From positions 115,024 to 179,023 of the forward strand of contig JBIJDH010000018.1 of NCBI GenBank assembly GCA_044344255.1: a DNA stretch of 64,000 nucleotides, written 5' to 3'. A model generated the notes under the pieces. The model was not told the DNA's origin. It did no database searches and was given only the letters and a program-made list of their open reading frames with translations. Every line of letters starts with the position of its first letter. Position 1 is the first letter of the stretch. This DNA comes from Myxococcota bacterium. GTDB lineage: Bacteria > Myxococcota_A > UBA796 > UBA2385. Below, in pieces: positions 26,936 to 36,858 of this stretch. The translations under genes and the position numbers were made by a program.

Positions 26936-29900
26936 GCCGGGTCCGGTCGGCAGTGGGTCTCCACCCCCTCGAGGAGGGTGACGAGGCCGCCGTCGGGGTT
27001 GAAGAGGTAGAGGTCGGACAGGGTGCGCTTACGCCCCTGCTCCCGGCCCTGGACCACCGCTCGCATCCGGCCGACGGGCAGGCCGAAGCTGCGCACGGCC
27101 TGGATGTGGGTGGGCAGCGCCGCGCCGCCGATCATGTGCTTCGACCACAGGACGGCGAGCTGGAGCCCACCATCGACCGCGGCGGGGTCGGTCTGGTAGG
27201 CGCCCTCGGCCCAGCCCACCTCGGCGCCGGGGGCGAGCTCACCCTCGATGCCCTGGTCGCTCACGCCGGCCATGTCGCGGATCACCTGGAAGCGCGGCCC
27301 GTGGAAGAGCACGTGCCCGTCGTAGATCTCACGCCCCGCCCAGGGCTCGAGCGCGAGCGCGGGGCCCCGCGGCCGCGCCGTGTCCGGCGGGTACTGGGTC
27401 ATCTCGGCGGTGGCGCTGTACCGGAGCACCGAGTCCTCGCTGCGCAGCTTGAAGACCAGGATACAGCCGTCGCGGTTCGCGGTGTGGGTGACCTCGAGGC
27501 GGAGGCGCGCCGGCCGCGGGAGCGGGATGCCGCGGACCACGCGGACGTCGCGCAGGGCGGCGAGGTGGAGGTCGGGGCGGAAGGCGCCGGCGGCGCGGGC
27601 GAACCACTCGAGCACGAGCGCGACCGGGATCACGGGAAGGCCGTCGATAGCGTGGTCGAGCAGGAAGGGCAGGCGGTCGACGTCGACCTGGATGTCGTAG
27701 TCCTGCGCCGCCCGCGGCGCCGCGCCGCCGAAGCCCTCCCCGCCGAGCACGAGCTCCACCGAGGGGTCCCCCAGCGCGGCGACGAAGGCCTCGCCGCCGA
27801 GCGCCAGCGGCAGCATCGGCAGGCCGCGGGCGGCGAAGTGCCGCCGGAGGGCCGGGCTCACCATGCCGCCCTCCCAGGGCCCCCAGCCGAGGGCTGTCAC
27901 CCGGCAGCCGGGGCGCCGCGCCTGCTCGGCGCGGGCGAGCTTGTTCAGGGCCTCGTTGGCCATCGCATAGTCGGCCTGCCCCTCGTTGCCGACGCGGGCC
28001 GCGACCGAGGTGAAGAAGCAGAGCACCTTGAGCGGGTCGCCGGCGGTGGCGGCGAGCAGGTTCTCCGCCCCGGTCACCTTGGTCGACCACACGAGATCGA
28101 GCTGGGCCTGGGTCTTGTCTTCGAGGCGCTTGTCGGCGATGACACCGGCCCCGTGCACCACCGCGGCGATCGGCCCCCAGTGCTGGCGCAGGCCCTGCAG
28201 CGCGGCGGCCAGGGCGGTGTAGTCCGTCACGTCCTCGGCGAGGTAGCGCGCCTCGGAGCCCATGGTGACGAGCAGATCGAGGGTGCGGCGGACCTCCCGC
28301 GCCGCCAGGATGGCGCTCACGGTGCGGCCGAGGGCGGCCGGAGAGGCCGCCGACGAGGCGAGGGCGCGCTTGAGGCCGGCCTCGTCGGAGACCCCCCAGG
28401 CGGCCGTCGGCTCGTGGACGAGCGGGCTGCGGCCGAGGAGGGCGAAGCGGTAGCTGCCCTGCGCGGCGAGCGCGAGGGCGCAGGCGGCCGTCACGCCGCG
28501 GGCCCCGCCGGTGATCAGCACCACGTCGCCGTCGGCGAGGGGGAGGGCCTCGGGGCCGGGGGCCGGGGTGGGTCGGTCGGCGAGGGTGAGGCGGCGGCCG
28601 TCGGCGGGCAGGCCGACCTCGCGCTCGGGGCCGCCGAAGACGAGCTCGTCGGCGAGGCGGCGGGCGAGGTCAGCGGGGGAGGCGCGGCCGGCGCGGAGCT
28701 CGGAGAGGCAGAGGTCGATCACCTTGACCGCGGCGCCGTCCCACTCGATCGCCGCGGTGCGGGCGAGGCCAGCGAGGCCGGCGAGGGTGGCGCGCCCGGC
28801 GGGGATGGGGAGCAGCCCGAAGCCGCCGCCGGTGTCCTGCACGGTGACGAGGCCGGTGGCCTTCCGTCGGGCGAGGGTCCGGGCGAGGGCCAGGGCCTCA
28901 CCCATGACGGAGGCCGCGTCGGGATCGGGCCGCAGCCCGCCGAGGAAGACGGCGGCGTCGGCCTCAACGGCCTCCTCGACGATCTGGACCCCGGCATCCT
29001 TCAGGGCGAGCGCGAGGGGGCCGCGGAGGCCCTGCCCGTCGTCGCTGAGGTAGACCCGCCCGCCGAGCAGCCCGGCCCGGATGAGCCCGCTTGGCGGCGC
29101 TTCGTGGAGGCTGAGGGTGGTGCGGAAGACCGTGGGCGGCGCGTCGGGTTCGGCGCTCGGGGGCGACACCTTCGCGGTGGCCGGCGGCGCGGGCTGGCGC
29201 AGCAGCCCGTTGAGGTGGGCGGTGATGTGGCCGAGGGTGGAGAGCGCGGCGAGGTCGGCGCCGTCGATGTCGGGGAGGCCGGGGGCGCGCTCCTGGAGGG
29301 CGGAGAGGATCTCGACCCGCTTGATGGAGTCGATGCCGAGGTCGCCCTCGAGCTCCATGTCGAGGCGTAGCATCTCGGCGGGGTAGCCGGTCTTCTCCGC
29401 CACCACGCCGAGGAGGAGGCCCTCAAGGGCGGCCGTCGGGGCGGACGGGGGAGCGGTCGCGGGGGCCCCGCCGAGGGCGCCGAGGTGGCGCGTGATGTGG
29501 CCGAGGGTGGAGAGCCCGGCGAGCTCGGCGCCGTCGATGTCGGGGAGGCCGGGGGCGCGCTCCTGGAGGGCGGAGAGGATCTCGACACGCTTGATAGAGT
29601 CGATGCCGAGGTCACCCTCGAGCTCCATGTCGAGGCGCAGCATCTCGGCGGGGTAGCCGGTCTTCTCGGCCACGACCGCGAGCAGGAGCCCCTCGAGGGC
29701 GGCGCCGGCCGCAGGCGCGGCGGCGGCGGTGGCCGGGGTGGCGGCGGCGGGGCTCGCCTGTCCGAGGTGACCGAGGATGGCGGCGAGGGTGTGGAGGCCG
29801 CCGAGCTCGGCGGCGTCGAGCTCGGGGAGGGAGGGGAGGCGCTCCTGGAGGGCGGAGAGGATCTCGACGCGCTTGATGGAGTCGATGCCGAGGTCGCCCT

Positions 29901-32900
29901 CGAGCTCCATGTCGAGGCGCAACATCTCGGCGGGGTAGCCCGTCTTCTCCGCCACCACGGCGAGGAGCGCCTGGCCGAGGTCGGGCCCGGCGGCCGCCGG
30001 CTTGATCGGCGCGGCCGCCGGCTTGATCGGCGCGGTCGGCTGCTCCACCGGCGTGGCCGCCGGCTTGACCGGCGCGGTCGGCTGCTCCACCGGCGTGGCC
30101 GCCGGCTTGACCGGCGCGGTCGCCTTCGCCGCCGGCTCGGCCGTCATCACGAGGGGCGCGGCCGGCTGCATGACCGGCGCCGCCACCATCACGAGGGGCG
30201 CGGCGCTCGGCAGGGGCGCACCGCCGGCCATGCTGGCCATCGAGGCGAAGCCGACCTCGGAGGCGCGGAGGAAGGCCGTGTGGGCCTCCATCATCGCGGT
30301 CTGAAAGGCGGTGTGGGCGAGGGCGGTCTGGCGCTGGCTCTCTTGCAGGGCGGCGATCCAGGCGAGGCTCGACGACGACGACGACGACGACGAGGCGGGG
30401 GCCGGCGCCGCGGCGGGGGCCAGCGGCGGGGCGGGCGGGGTCAAGGACATCGCGGTGCTCGGGGGCGTCGGTGGGGTCGGGGGCTTCGCAGGGAGCGCGG
30501 GCGCGGGCGGCTCGGCGGGCGGGGTCCGCCGGGGTGGGTTCGGGGGTGGCAGCGCCGCGGCGCCGCCCGGCGGCGGGTAGGGGTTGCCCACGTTGCCGCC
30601 GGTGATCGAGACGGCGAGCCGCGGCCCGACGCGGGTGGCGGGATCGACGGGCGCCCCGTACTCGGCGGTCAGCGCGGCGAGGTGGAGCGGGCGCCCGGCG
30701 GCGGCGAGCCGGCCGAGGCCGAGCCAGAGGGAGCGGGTTGAGTCGCGGCCCTTCTGGTCGAAGGAGAAGGCCTGGTGGGGGCTTCCCTCGAGGATGCGGC
30801 CGACGAGCCCGGTGAGCACGGAGCCCGGCCCCACCTCGACGAAGCAGCGCATCCCGTCTGCGTAGGCGCGGCGGATGAGCTCCACCCAGCGCACCGGCGC
30901 GGCGAGCTGCCCGGCGAGGGCGGCGGCCACGTCGTCGCCGTAGGGGGCGGCGGTCTCGTTCCGGTAGACGGGGATGGTCGGGGCGGAGAAGGCGCAGCCG
31001 GCGAGGTGGCGGGCGAAGGGCTCGACCGCCGCGGAGACCACCGGCGAGTGGAAGGCCGTCGCGACCGGCAGGCGCGTGAAGCGGAGCCCGGCCTCGCGGA
31101 GCGCGTCCTCGGCGGCGGCGATGGCCTCGGTGGGGCCGGAGAGCACGGTCTGGTCGGGCGCGTTGTCATTGGCCAGCACGACGCCGAGCCCGCGCGTGGC
31201 GGCCTCGACCTCGGCGGCGCCGGCCACGACGGCGGTCATCGCCCCCGGCTGCCGAGCGGCCTCGGCCATCAGGGCCCCGCGGGCCCGGGCCACGTCGAGG
31301 GCGGCCTCGGCGCGGAGGGCGCCAGCGGCGTGCAGCGCCATCACCTCGCCGAAGCTGTGCCCCGCCGCGGCGTCTGGTCGCAGGCCCACCTGATCGAGCA
31401 GGGCGAGGAGGGAGAGGCTGTGGAGGCAAATCGCCGGCTGGGCGACGTCGGTGCGGCGGAGCGCGGCTTCGGCCTCGGCCTCGGCCTCGGGGCTGAAGCC
31501 GGGGCGCGGGAAGGTGGCCAGGTGGAGGCCGAGCCCGGCCGCGGCGTCCCAGGGGGCGCGGGCGGCCTCGAAGTGGGTGAGGAGGTCTCGGCCCATCTCG
31601 AGGTGCTGGCTGCCCTGCCCCGGGAAGAGGAAGCAGAGGCCGCCGGCGGCCGCGATCTCGGGGGGATCGAGGCGGAGGAAGAGGCCATCGGGCCGGTCGA
31701 GGGCCTGACCGGCCAGGGCGGCGACCGCGGCGGCCTCCAGCTTCTGGGCGAGCTCGGCCTCGTCTGCAGCCACCACCGCGAGGCGCGCCGCCCCGGGGAG
31801 CCAGTGTTGCTGCGTCTCGTCGGCGAGGGCGGCGAGCGCGCCGGGCTGCGTGCGGGCGGCGGCGGCGCGGGCGGCGCGGGCGAGGGCGGGCCCGTCCTCG
31901 GCGCTGAGCAGCACGAGCTCGGTGGGGAAGCTCCGCAGGCGCGGCGGGCGGGTCGCGCGCGGGCCGGTCCACTCCTCGAGGGCGACGTGGAAGTTGCTCC
32001 CCCCGAAGCCGAAGGCGCTCACCGAGGCCCGGCGGGGGTGGTCGGGGCCCCGCACCCAGGGGCGTAGGCGCGTGTTCAGGTAGAACGGGGAAGACTCGAG
32101 GCCCATCTTGCCGTTCGGGCGGCGCACCTTGATGGTGGGGGGGAGCACCTTGTGGTGCAGGGCCATCACCGCCTTGAAGAGGCTCGCGGCCCCTGCGGCG
32201 GCCTTGGTGTGGCCGATCTGCGACTTCACCGAGCCGAGCGCGCACCAGCCCCGGCCCTCGGGGGCCGCGGCGCTGAAGACGAGGCGCAGCCCCTCGAGCT
32301 CGGCGGCGTCGCCGGCCTTGGTGCCGGTGCCGTGGGCCTCGACCAGCTCGACGGTCTCGGGGCCGTAGCCGGCGGCCGCGTAGGCGCGGCGCAGGGCGTC
32401 GGCCTGCCCCTCGGGCCGCGGGGCGTAGACGCTCTTGGCGCGGCCGTCCGACGAGCTGCCGATGCCGCGCAGCACCGCGTAGATTCGGTCGCCGTCGCGC
32501 TCGGCGTCGGCGAGGCGCTTGAGCGCCACCATGCCCACGCCCTCACCGAGCAAGGTGCCGTCGGCGTCGTCGGAGAAGGGCCGGCAGTCGCCGCTCGGGG
32601 AGAGTGCGGGGGTCTTGCTGAAGCACATGAACATGAAGGGGTCGTTCATGGTGTCGGCCCCGCCCGTGATCACGAGGTCCGAAGAGCCGAGCTGGAGCTC
32701 GTGGACGGCCATCGTGACGGCCGACAAGGAGCTCGCGCAGGCGGCGTCGGTGACACAGTTGGTGCCCCCGAGATCGAGGCGGTTCGCCACCCGCCCTGCG
32801 ATCACGTTGCCGAGCAGCCCCGGGAAGGTGGCCTCCTGCCAGGGCGTGTAGTGGGCGGCGATGCGGGTGCAGGCCTGCTGCACCTCGTCTTCCGGCAGCC

Positions 32901-33381
32901 CGCACTCCCGCAGCGCCTTGACCCAGACCGGCCGCTGCAGCCGGCTCACCATGTGGCCCATCAGCTCCTGGCTGGCCGTCGCGCCGAGGATCACGCTCGT
33001 GCGGCGCCGATCGGTGCCCGGGAAGGCGCGGAGCACCTCGTCGAGCACCCGCTGGGCGACGATGAGGGCCATGAGCTGCGTGGTGTCGGTGACCGGGAGG
33101 ATGGAGGGCGGCAGGCCGAAGCCGAGCGCGTCGAAGTCGACCGGGCCGAGGAAGGCGCCCCGCTTGGCGTAGATGCGGTCGGGGGTGGCGGGGTCAGGGT
33201 CGTAGTAGTCCTCGACCAACCAGCGCTCTGGCGGGATGTCGGTGACGAGGTCGCGGCCGCCCAGGATGTCTCGCCAGAAGCCCCGGGCGTCCGAGGAGCC
33301 CGGGAAGATGCAGGAGGCGCCGACGACGGCGATAGGGACCGCGGCAGCAGCAGGGGGCGCGGGGCTCTTCGGGGGCAACAT
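26932..33381 (-). CDS. pfaA: PfaA/Pfa2-type iterative type I PKS/FAS: KS-MAT-ACP x3-KR-DH
   Basis: KS DAACASS, EAHGTGT, KSQIGHTK; AT FPGQGSQ, GHSFG, AFHS; three ACPs with LGIDSIKRVEIL; KR TGGARGVT and YAMANE; DH LDHAIDG and LFHGPRF. Confidence 0.95.
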   Translation of the reverse strand: MLPPKSPAPPAAAAVPIAVVGASCIFPGSSDARGFWRDILGGRDLVTDIPPERWLVEDYYDPDPATPDRIYAKRGAFLGPVDFDALGFGLPPSILPVTDTTQLMALIVAQRVLDEVLRAFPGTDRRRTSVILGATASQELMGHMVSRLQRPVWVKALRECGLPEDEVQQACTRIAAHYTPWQEATFPGLLGNVIAGRVANRLDLGGTNCVTDAACASSLSAVTMAVHELQLGSSDLVITGGADTMNDPFMFMCFSKTPALSPSGDCRPFSDDADGTLLGEGVGMVALKRLADAERDGDRIYAVLRGIGSSSDGRAKSVYAPRPEGQADALRRAYAAAGYGPETVELVEAHGTGTKAGDAAELEGLRLVFSAAAPEGRGWCALGSVKSQIGHTKAAAGAASLFKAVMALHHKVLPPTIKVRRPNGKMGLESSPFYLNTRLRPWVRGPDHPRRASVSAFGFGGSNFHVALEEWTGPRATRPPRLRSFPTELVLLSAEDGPALARAARAAAARTQPGALAALADETQQHWLPGAARLAVVAADEAELAQKLEAAAVAALAGQALDRPDGLFLRLDPPEIAAAGGLCFLFPGQGSQHLEMGRDLLTHFEAARAPWDAAAGLGLHLATFPRPGFSPEAEAEAEAALRRTDVAQPAICLHSLSLLALLDQVGLRPDAAAGHSFGEVMALHAAGALRAEAALDVARARGALMAEAARQPGAMTAVVAGAAEVEAATRGLGVVLANDNAPDQTVLSGPTEAIAAAEDALREAGLRFTRLPVATAFHSPVVSAAVEPFARHLAGCAFSAPTIPVYRNETAAPYGDDVAAALAGQLAAPVRWVELIRRAYADGMRCFVEVGPGSVLTGLVGRILEGSPHQAFSFDQKGRDSTRSLWLGLGRLAAAGRPLHLAALTAEYGAPVDPATRVGPRLAVSITGGNVGNPYPPPGGAAALPPPNPPRRTPPAEPPAPALPAKPPTPPTPPSTAMSLTPPAPPLAPAAAPAPASSSSSSSSSLAWIAALQESQRQTALAHTAFQTAMMEAHTAFLRASEVGFASMASMAGGAPLPSAAPLVMVAAPVMQPAAPLVMTAEPAAKATAPVKPAATPVEQPTAPVKPAATPVEQPTAPIKPAAAPIKPAAAGPDLGQALLAVVAEKTGYPAEMLRLDMELEGDLGIDSIKRVEILSALQERLPSLPELDAAELGGLHTLAAILGHLGQASPAAATPATAAAAPAAGAALEGLLLAVVAEKTGYPAEMLRLDMELEGDLGIDSIKRVEILSALQERAPGLPDIDGAELAGLSTLGHITRHLGALGGAPATAPPSAPTAALEGLLLGVVAEKTGYPAEMLRLDMELEGDLGIDSIKRVEILSALQERAPGLPDIDGADLAALSTLGHITAHLNGLLRQPAPPATAKVSPPSAEPDAPPTVFRTTLSLHEAPPSGLIRAGLLGGRVYLSDDGQGLRGPLALALKDAGVQIVEEAVEADAAVFLGGLRPDPDAASVMGEALALARTLARRKATGLVTVQDTGGGFGLLPIPAGRATLAGLAGLARTAAIEWDGAAVKVIDLCLSELRAGRASPADLARRLADELVFGGPEREVGLPADGRRLTLADRPTPAPGPEALPLADGDVVLITGGARGVTAACALALAAQGSYRFALLGRSPLVHEPTAAWGVSDEAGLKRALASSAASPAALGRTVSAILAAREVRRTLDLLVTMGSEARYLAEDVTDYTALAAALQGLRQHWGPIAAVVHGAGVIADKRLEDKTQAQLDLVWSTKVTGAENLLAATAGDPLKVLCFFTSVAARVGNEGQADYAMANEALNKLARAEQARRPGCRVTALGWGPWEGGMVSPALRRHFAARGLPMLPLALGGEAFVAALGDPSVELVLGGEGFGGAAPRAAQDYDIQVDVDRLPFLLDHAIDGLPVIPVALVLEWFARAAGAFRPDLHLAALRDVRVVRGIPLPRPARLRLEVTHTANRDGCILVFKLRSEDSVLRYSATAEMTQYPPDTARPRGPALALEPWAGREIYDGHVLFHGPRFQVIRDMAGVSDQGIEGELAPGAEVGWAEGAYQTDPAAVDGGLQLAVLWSKHMIGGAALPTHIQAVRSFGLPVGRMRAVVQGREQGRKRTLSDLYLFNPDGGLVTLLEGVETHCRPDPA

Positions 33382-33543
33382 CGGCGTCTCGCCTTCCTGG
33401 GCTTGCCGCCTTACGAGCCGCCGGACCTCGGCCGCCGACGACGGGCTTCCGCCGGTCCGTCCTGGGACCGGGCGCGGCGGTCTAACCCGCCGCTGCGGGA
33501 TGTCCGCCTGCTGCGGCGGGGCGGCTTCCGGCCTGCTCCCCGC

Positions 33544-35145
33544 TCAGTCGAGGGGCCGCGGGCGGAAGTCGAAGGCCGCGGCGGGCACCGGGAGGCCGTA
33601 GCTTCGGAGCTGCCCGGCGCGGGTGACCACGGCGGCGCCCTCGAGGAGGTTCTTGGCCACCTGCGTGACGGTGCGCTGCTCGGGGTCTTCGAGGAAGCTA
33701 CCCTTCACCCAGGCGTTGAAGGCCCCCATCGCGGGGCCGCACCAGATCTGGTAGTCGAGGGCGCGGGCGGGGTCGCCGGTGATGGCCCAGCGGCTGGCGA
33801 GGCCGAGGTAGGCCCGGAAGACGAGGGCCATGCGCCGCCGAGGGTCACGGTCGCCGAGCTCGGCCTCCTTGGGGTCGCGGTCGAGCCAGAAGGCGCGGGT
33901 GCTCTGCCAGCGGCCCTCGAAGGTGTCTCCGAGGATGTCGCGCTCGACGCGGGCGCGGTCGGCGGCGGGGACCTCCTCCCAGGTGGCGTGGCGCTTGTAG
34001 AGCTCGGCGAGCCGCTTGCCGCGCTGGGCGAAGAAGGTGCCGCGGGAGAGCACCTGCACCTCGACCCCCTGCTCGAACATGTCGGCGGCGGGGGCCATCA
34101 CGACGTCGGCGATGCTGGCGCCGGCCAACATCTTGCGACCGGCCGGGCTGAGGCCCGACTCGACGCAGGCCTGGTTGACGGAGCCCGTGAGCACGTAGGC
34201 GGCCCCGAGGGCGAAGGCCCCGGCCACCGAGGCGGGCGTGCCGAGGCCCCCGGCGGCGCCCACCCGGATCGGCCGCCGGTAGCCGCGGGCGACCGAGAGC
34301 TGGTCGCGCAGCAAGGAGATCGTGGGGAGCAGGGCGACGAGGGGCTGGTTGTCGGTGTGGCCGCCGGAGTCGGCCTCGACGGTGATGTCTTCGGCGACCG
34401 GGAGCGTGGCGGCGAGGGCGGCCTCCTCGGCGGAGAGGCGGCCTTGCTGGACGAGGGCCTGCAGCAGCTCGGCGGGGGCGGGCTCCATGAAGCGCCGCGC
34501 GACCTCGGGGCGGGAGATCTTGGCGAAGACGTGGTTACGCCGGTGGACCCGCCCGTCGGGCAGGGCGCGGAGCCCGGCCGCGGCGTAGTGAACGATGGCG
34601 GGGGTGAGCCCCATGTAGGCCGAGGCGCTCACGCGGGTGACGCCCTTGCGCACGTAGAGATCGGCCACCCGCGCCTCGAGGGCGGGCTCGTTCGGCGAGT
34701 GGATGAGGTTCGCCCCCCAGCTCGCGCCCGCGGGGTGGAGCGCGGCGTGGAGCTCCTCCACCCCCGCCTCGACCCGCTCGAAGGGCAGGCCCGCCGCGCC
34801 GAAGAAGCCGATGGCCCCCATGCGCGCCATCGCGATGACGAGGGCGGGCGTGGAGATGCCGTTGGCCATCGCGCCGGCGATATAGGGGAAGCGGGTGCGG
34901 TGGACCTCCTGGAAGCCGCGGTCGCCCAGCCACTCGGGGTAGATCGGCGGGAGCTGGGCGTGGGCCCCCGGGACGCGCCCAGCGGCGACGCCGCGGCGAC
35001 CGTCTTCGCGGGTGAGGACCGACAGGGGCTCGCGCACCCGCTGAACATACGCGAGGACGCCGGCGGGCTCGAAGCCGTCGGGCTCCGGGGGCTCACCCGC
35101 GTCGTGGGCGGGCTCTGCGGGGGAGGGGAGCAGGGCGTGGGCCAC
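33544..35145 (-). CDS. pfaD: PfaD/Pfa1-type trans-acting enoyl reductase
   Basis: AGAMANGI, NLIHSP, SASAYM, FAKISRPEVA, EADSGGHTDN, TGSVNQ, MAPAADMFE and DYQIWCGPAMGAFN motifs. Confidence 0.96.
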   Translation of the reverse strand: MAHALLPSPAEPAHDAGEPPEPDGFEPAGVLAYVQRVREPLSVLTREDGRRGVAAGRVPGAHAQLPPIYPEWLGDRGFQEVHRTRFPYIAGAMANGISTPALVIAMARMGAIGFFGAAGLPFERVEAGVEELHAALHPAGASWGANLIHSPNEPALEARVADLYVRKGVTRVSASAYMGLTPAIVHYAAAGLRALPDGRVHRRNHVFAKISRPEVARRFMEPAPAELLQALVQQGRLSAEEAALAATLPVAEDITVEADSGGHTDNQPLVALLPTISLLRDQLSVARGYRRPIRVGAAGGLGTPASVAGAFALGAAYVLTGSVNQACVESGLSPAGRKMLAGASIADVVMAPAADMFEQGVEVQVLSRGTFFAQRGKRLAELYKRHATWEEVPAADRARVERDILGDTFEGRWQSTRAFWLDRDPKEAELGDRDPRRRMALVFRAYLGLASRWAITGDPARALDYQIWCGPAMGAFNAWVKGSFLEDPEQRTVTQVAKNLLEGAAVVTRAGQLRSYGLPVPAAAFDFRPRPLD

Positions 35146-35265
35146 CGGGGACTCCTCGGGGCTCCCGCCCTGGGGAGCGCCCGCAACTTCGAAGACGGCA
35201 GAGGGGTGTCAGCAGGGGGTGACTTCAGGGGCTGGGGACGCGGCCGGGAGGGCCCGGCGGCGCGG

Positions 35266-36297
35266 CTAACCTGGGCCCAGCCGGTCGGTGGGCCAGAGGG
35301 CGGCGTACTGGTCGAAGACGCCCATGCAGACGCTCTTGCGGGCGCAGGGGTCGCAGGCGGGCACGTGGACGCGCTTTCGGTCGGGGGCCCAGGAGTAGAG
35401 CCCGGTGAAGGAGACCTTCCCGGGGGCGCTCTGCCACTCCACGGTGACCCGCGGGTCCCAGTGGAGGTCGTTGCTGAGCATGCCGTAGGGGCCGAGCAGG
35501 CACATTGGCACGCCAAAGAAGCGGAGGATCGCCGTGGACAGCCGGGGTGGCACCCGGGGGAGCCAGGTGGCGAGCTGCTCGAGGCTCGGCGCCAGGGCCG
35601 GGTAGGCCTCGAGCGCGGCCCCCTCGGGGGTAGTGTTGCTGACGACGATCAGCCGGGCTCCTCGCGACTCGGCGAAGGCGGCGGTGTCAGGCAGGGCCTC
35701 GATGTTCTGTCGGCAGGCCACCGAGTTGACGAAGAGCCCGAAGTCGGGGCGGCGCGCGCGGGCGTTCTCCATCGCCCGCGTGACGGTCTCGAAGGAGCCG
35801 GGGCGGCCGGCGACGGCGTCGTGGGTGGCGGCGTCGGGGCCGTGCAGCGAGAAGAGGGCCTCGTCGAGGAGCGGCATGGCGCGGTCGGCGAAGTCGGGGC
35901 GGGCGAGCATCGTGCCGATGGTGCCCACGCTCGTGCGCATCCCGAGCTTCCGCGCCAGCGTGAGGACCTCGATGAACTGTGGGTGGATGGTGGGCTCACC
36001 CCCGGTGAGGTGCACCGCCGTCACCCCGCGCTCGGCGTGGGTGCGGAGGATGGTGGCGACCCGGCCCCAGGTGACGCCGTAGGGCCGATAGGCGCGCATC
36101 CGCAGCTCCTCTGAGCAGAAGAGGCAGCGCTCCGGGCAGTGGTAGGTGAGGTGCAGCTCGAGGCGCCGCATCACCTGGCCGTCGGGGCCGATCCAGGGCC
36201 GGGCCTCTGCGGGGGCCCCGAGCTCGGAGACCTGCGTGGGCCGACCGAGCGAAGCGGCGGGGGCGACAGGCGCGGCGGGCGCGGCGGGGAGGGTCAA
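35266..36297 (-). CDS. Radical SAM enzyme with C-terminal CxxCx5CxG (twitch/HxsC-like) motif
   Basis: CPERCLFC, TGGEPT, FSLHG...HD, GVPMC and CDPCARKSVCMG; ATGA overlap with mce. Confidence 0.9.
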   Translation of the reverse strand: MTLPAAPAAPVAPAASLGRPTQVSELGAPAEARPWIGPDGQVMRRLELHLTYHCPERCLFCSEELRMRAYRPYGVTWGRVATILRTHAERGVTAVHLTGGEPTIHPQFIEVLTLARKLGMRTSVGTIGTMLARPDFADRAMPLLDEALFSLHGPDAATHDAVAGRPGSFETVTRAMENARARRPDFGLFVNSVACRQNIEALPDTAAFAESRGARLIVVSNTTPEGAALEAYPALAPSLEQLATWLPRVPPRLSTAILRFFGVPMCLLGPYGMLSNDLHWDPRVTVEWQSAPGKVSFTGLYSWAPDRKRVHVPACDPCARKSVCMGVFDQYAALWPTDRLGPG

Positions 36298-36704
36298 TCG
36301 TGGGCCGGGTGCTCGGCGAGCTCGATCAACACGCCATCACAGGACTTGGGGTGGATGAAGGCCACCCGCGTGCCGTGCGCCCCCGGCGTCGGGGCGGGGC
36401 TCAAGAAGCGGTAGCCCTTCTCTTCGAGGCGCCGCATGTCGGCCTCGATGTCGTCGGTCTCGAAGCAGAGGTGGTGCAGGCCGCCGCCCCGCTTCTCGAG
36501 GTAGTCGCGGATCGGACCCTCTCCCCGCAGCGGGTGCACGAGCTCGATGCGCGTGGGGGGGAGGGGGAAGAAGGCGGTGGTGGTGCGGGCGGCCTCGACG
36601 TCTTCCGTACCGTCCAGGTTCAAGCCGAGATCTTCCTGGAAGCGCCGGATGGCGCGCTCGAGGTCGGGGACGGCGATGGCGATGTGGTCCAGGCGCTTGA
36701 TCAT
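36294..36704 (-). CDS. mce: Methylmalonyl-CoA epimerase (VOC family)
   Basis: LDHIAIAV, RIELV, GGLHHLCF, GAHG and AFIHPKSCDGVLIEL motifs. Confidence 0.9.
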   Translation of the reverse strand: MIKRLDHIAIAVPDLERAIRRFQEDLGLNLDGTEDVEAARTTTAFFPLPPTRIELVHPLRGEGPIRDYLEKRGGGLHHLCFETDDIEADMRRLEEKGYRFLSPAPTPGAHGTRVAFIHPKSCDGVLIELAEHPAHD

Positions 36705-36786
36705 GGCCGAAGCGTAACATCTGGGGGAGCCGCGTCGCGAGGGCCGTGCTACGGCGACACCGCCCTTCCACTGGTCCTTGGTTTCT

Positions 36787-36858
36787 CAGGTCCTCCCACA
36801 GGTCCTCCCACAGGTCCTCTCATAGGTCCTCCAACCGGTCTTCCAACAGCGCCTCCCA
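36787..36858. repeat. Tandem array of six 12-bp units (consensus CAGGTCCTCCCA)
   Basis: caggtcctccca caggtcctccca caggtcctctca taggtcctccaa ccggtcttccaa cagcgcctccca, in the divergent intergenic region. Confidence 0.9.

Noticed and set aside
29993..30125. Tandem repeats within pfaA
   Set aside because: They encode an ordinary Pro/Ala linker (KPAATPVEQPTAPV) before the ACPs; the similarity among ACP copies is also expected.
35266..36297. Radical SAM enzyme as maturase of the 36-aa peptide or of a His-Xaa-Ser system
   Set aside because: It is 27 kb from the peptide, and no HxS-repeat precursor, PqqD/RRE or partner hxs genes are visible.
36787..36858. 12-bp array as CRISPR or plasmid iterons
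   Set aside because: No spacers, no rep gene and no AT-rich origin; the context is chromosomal.
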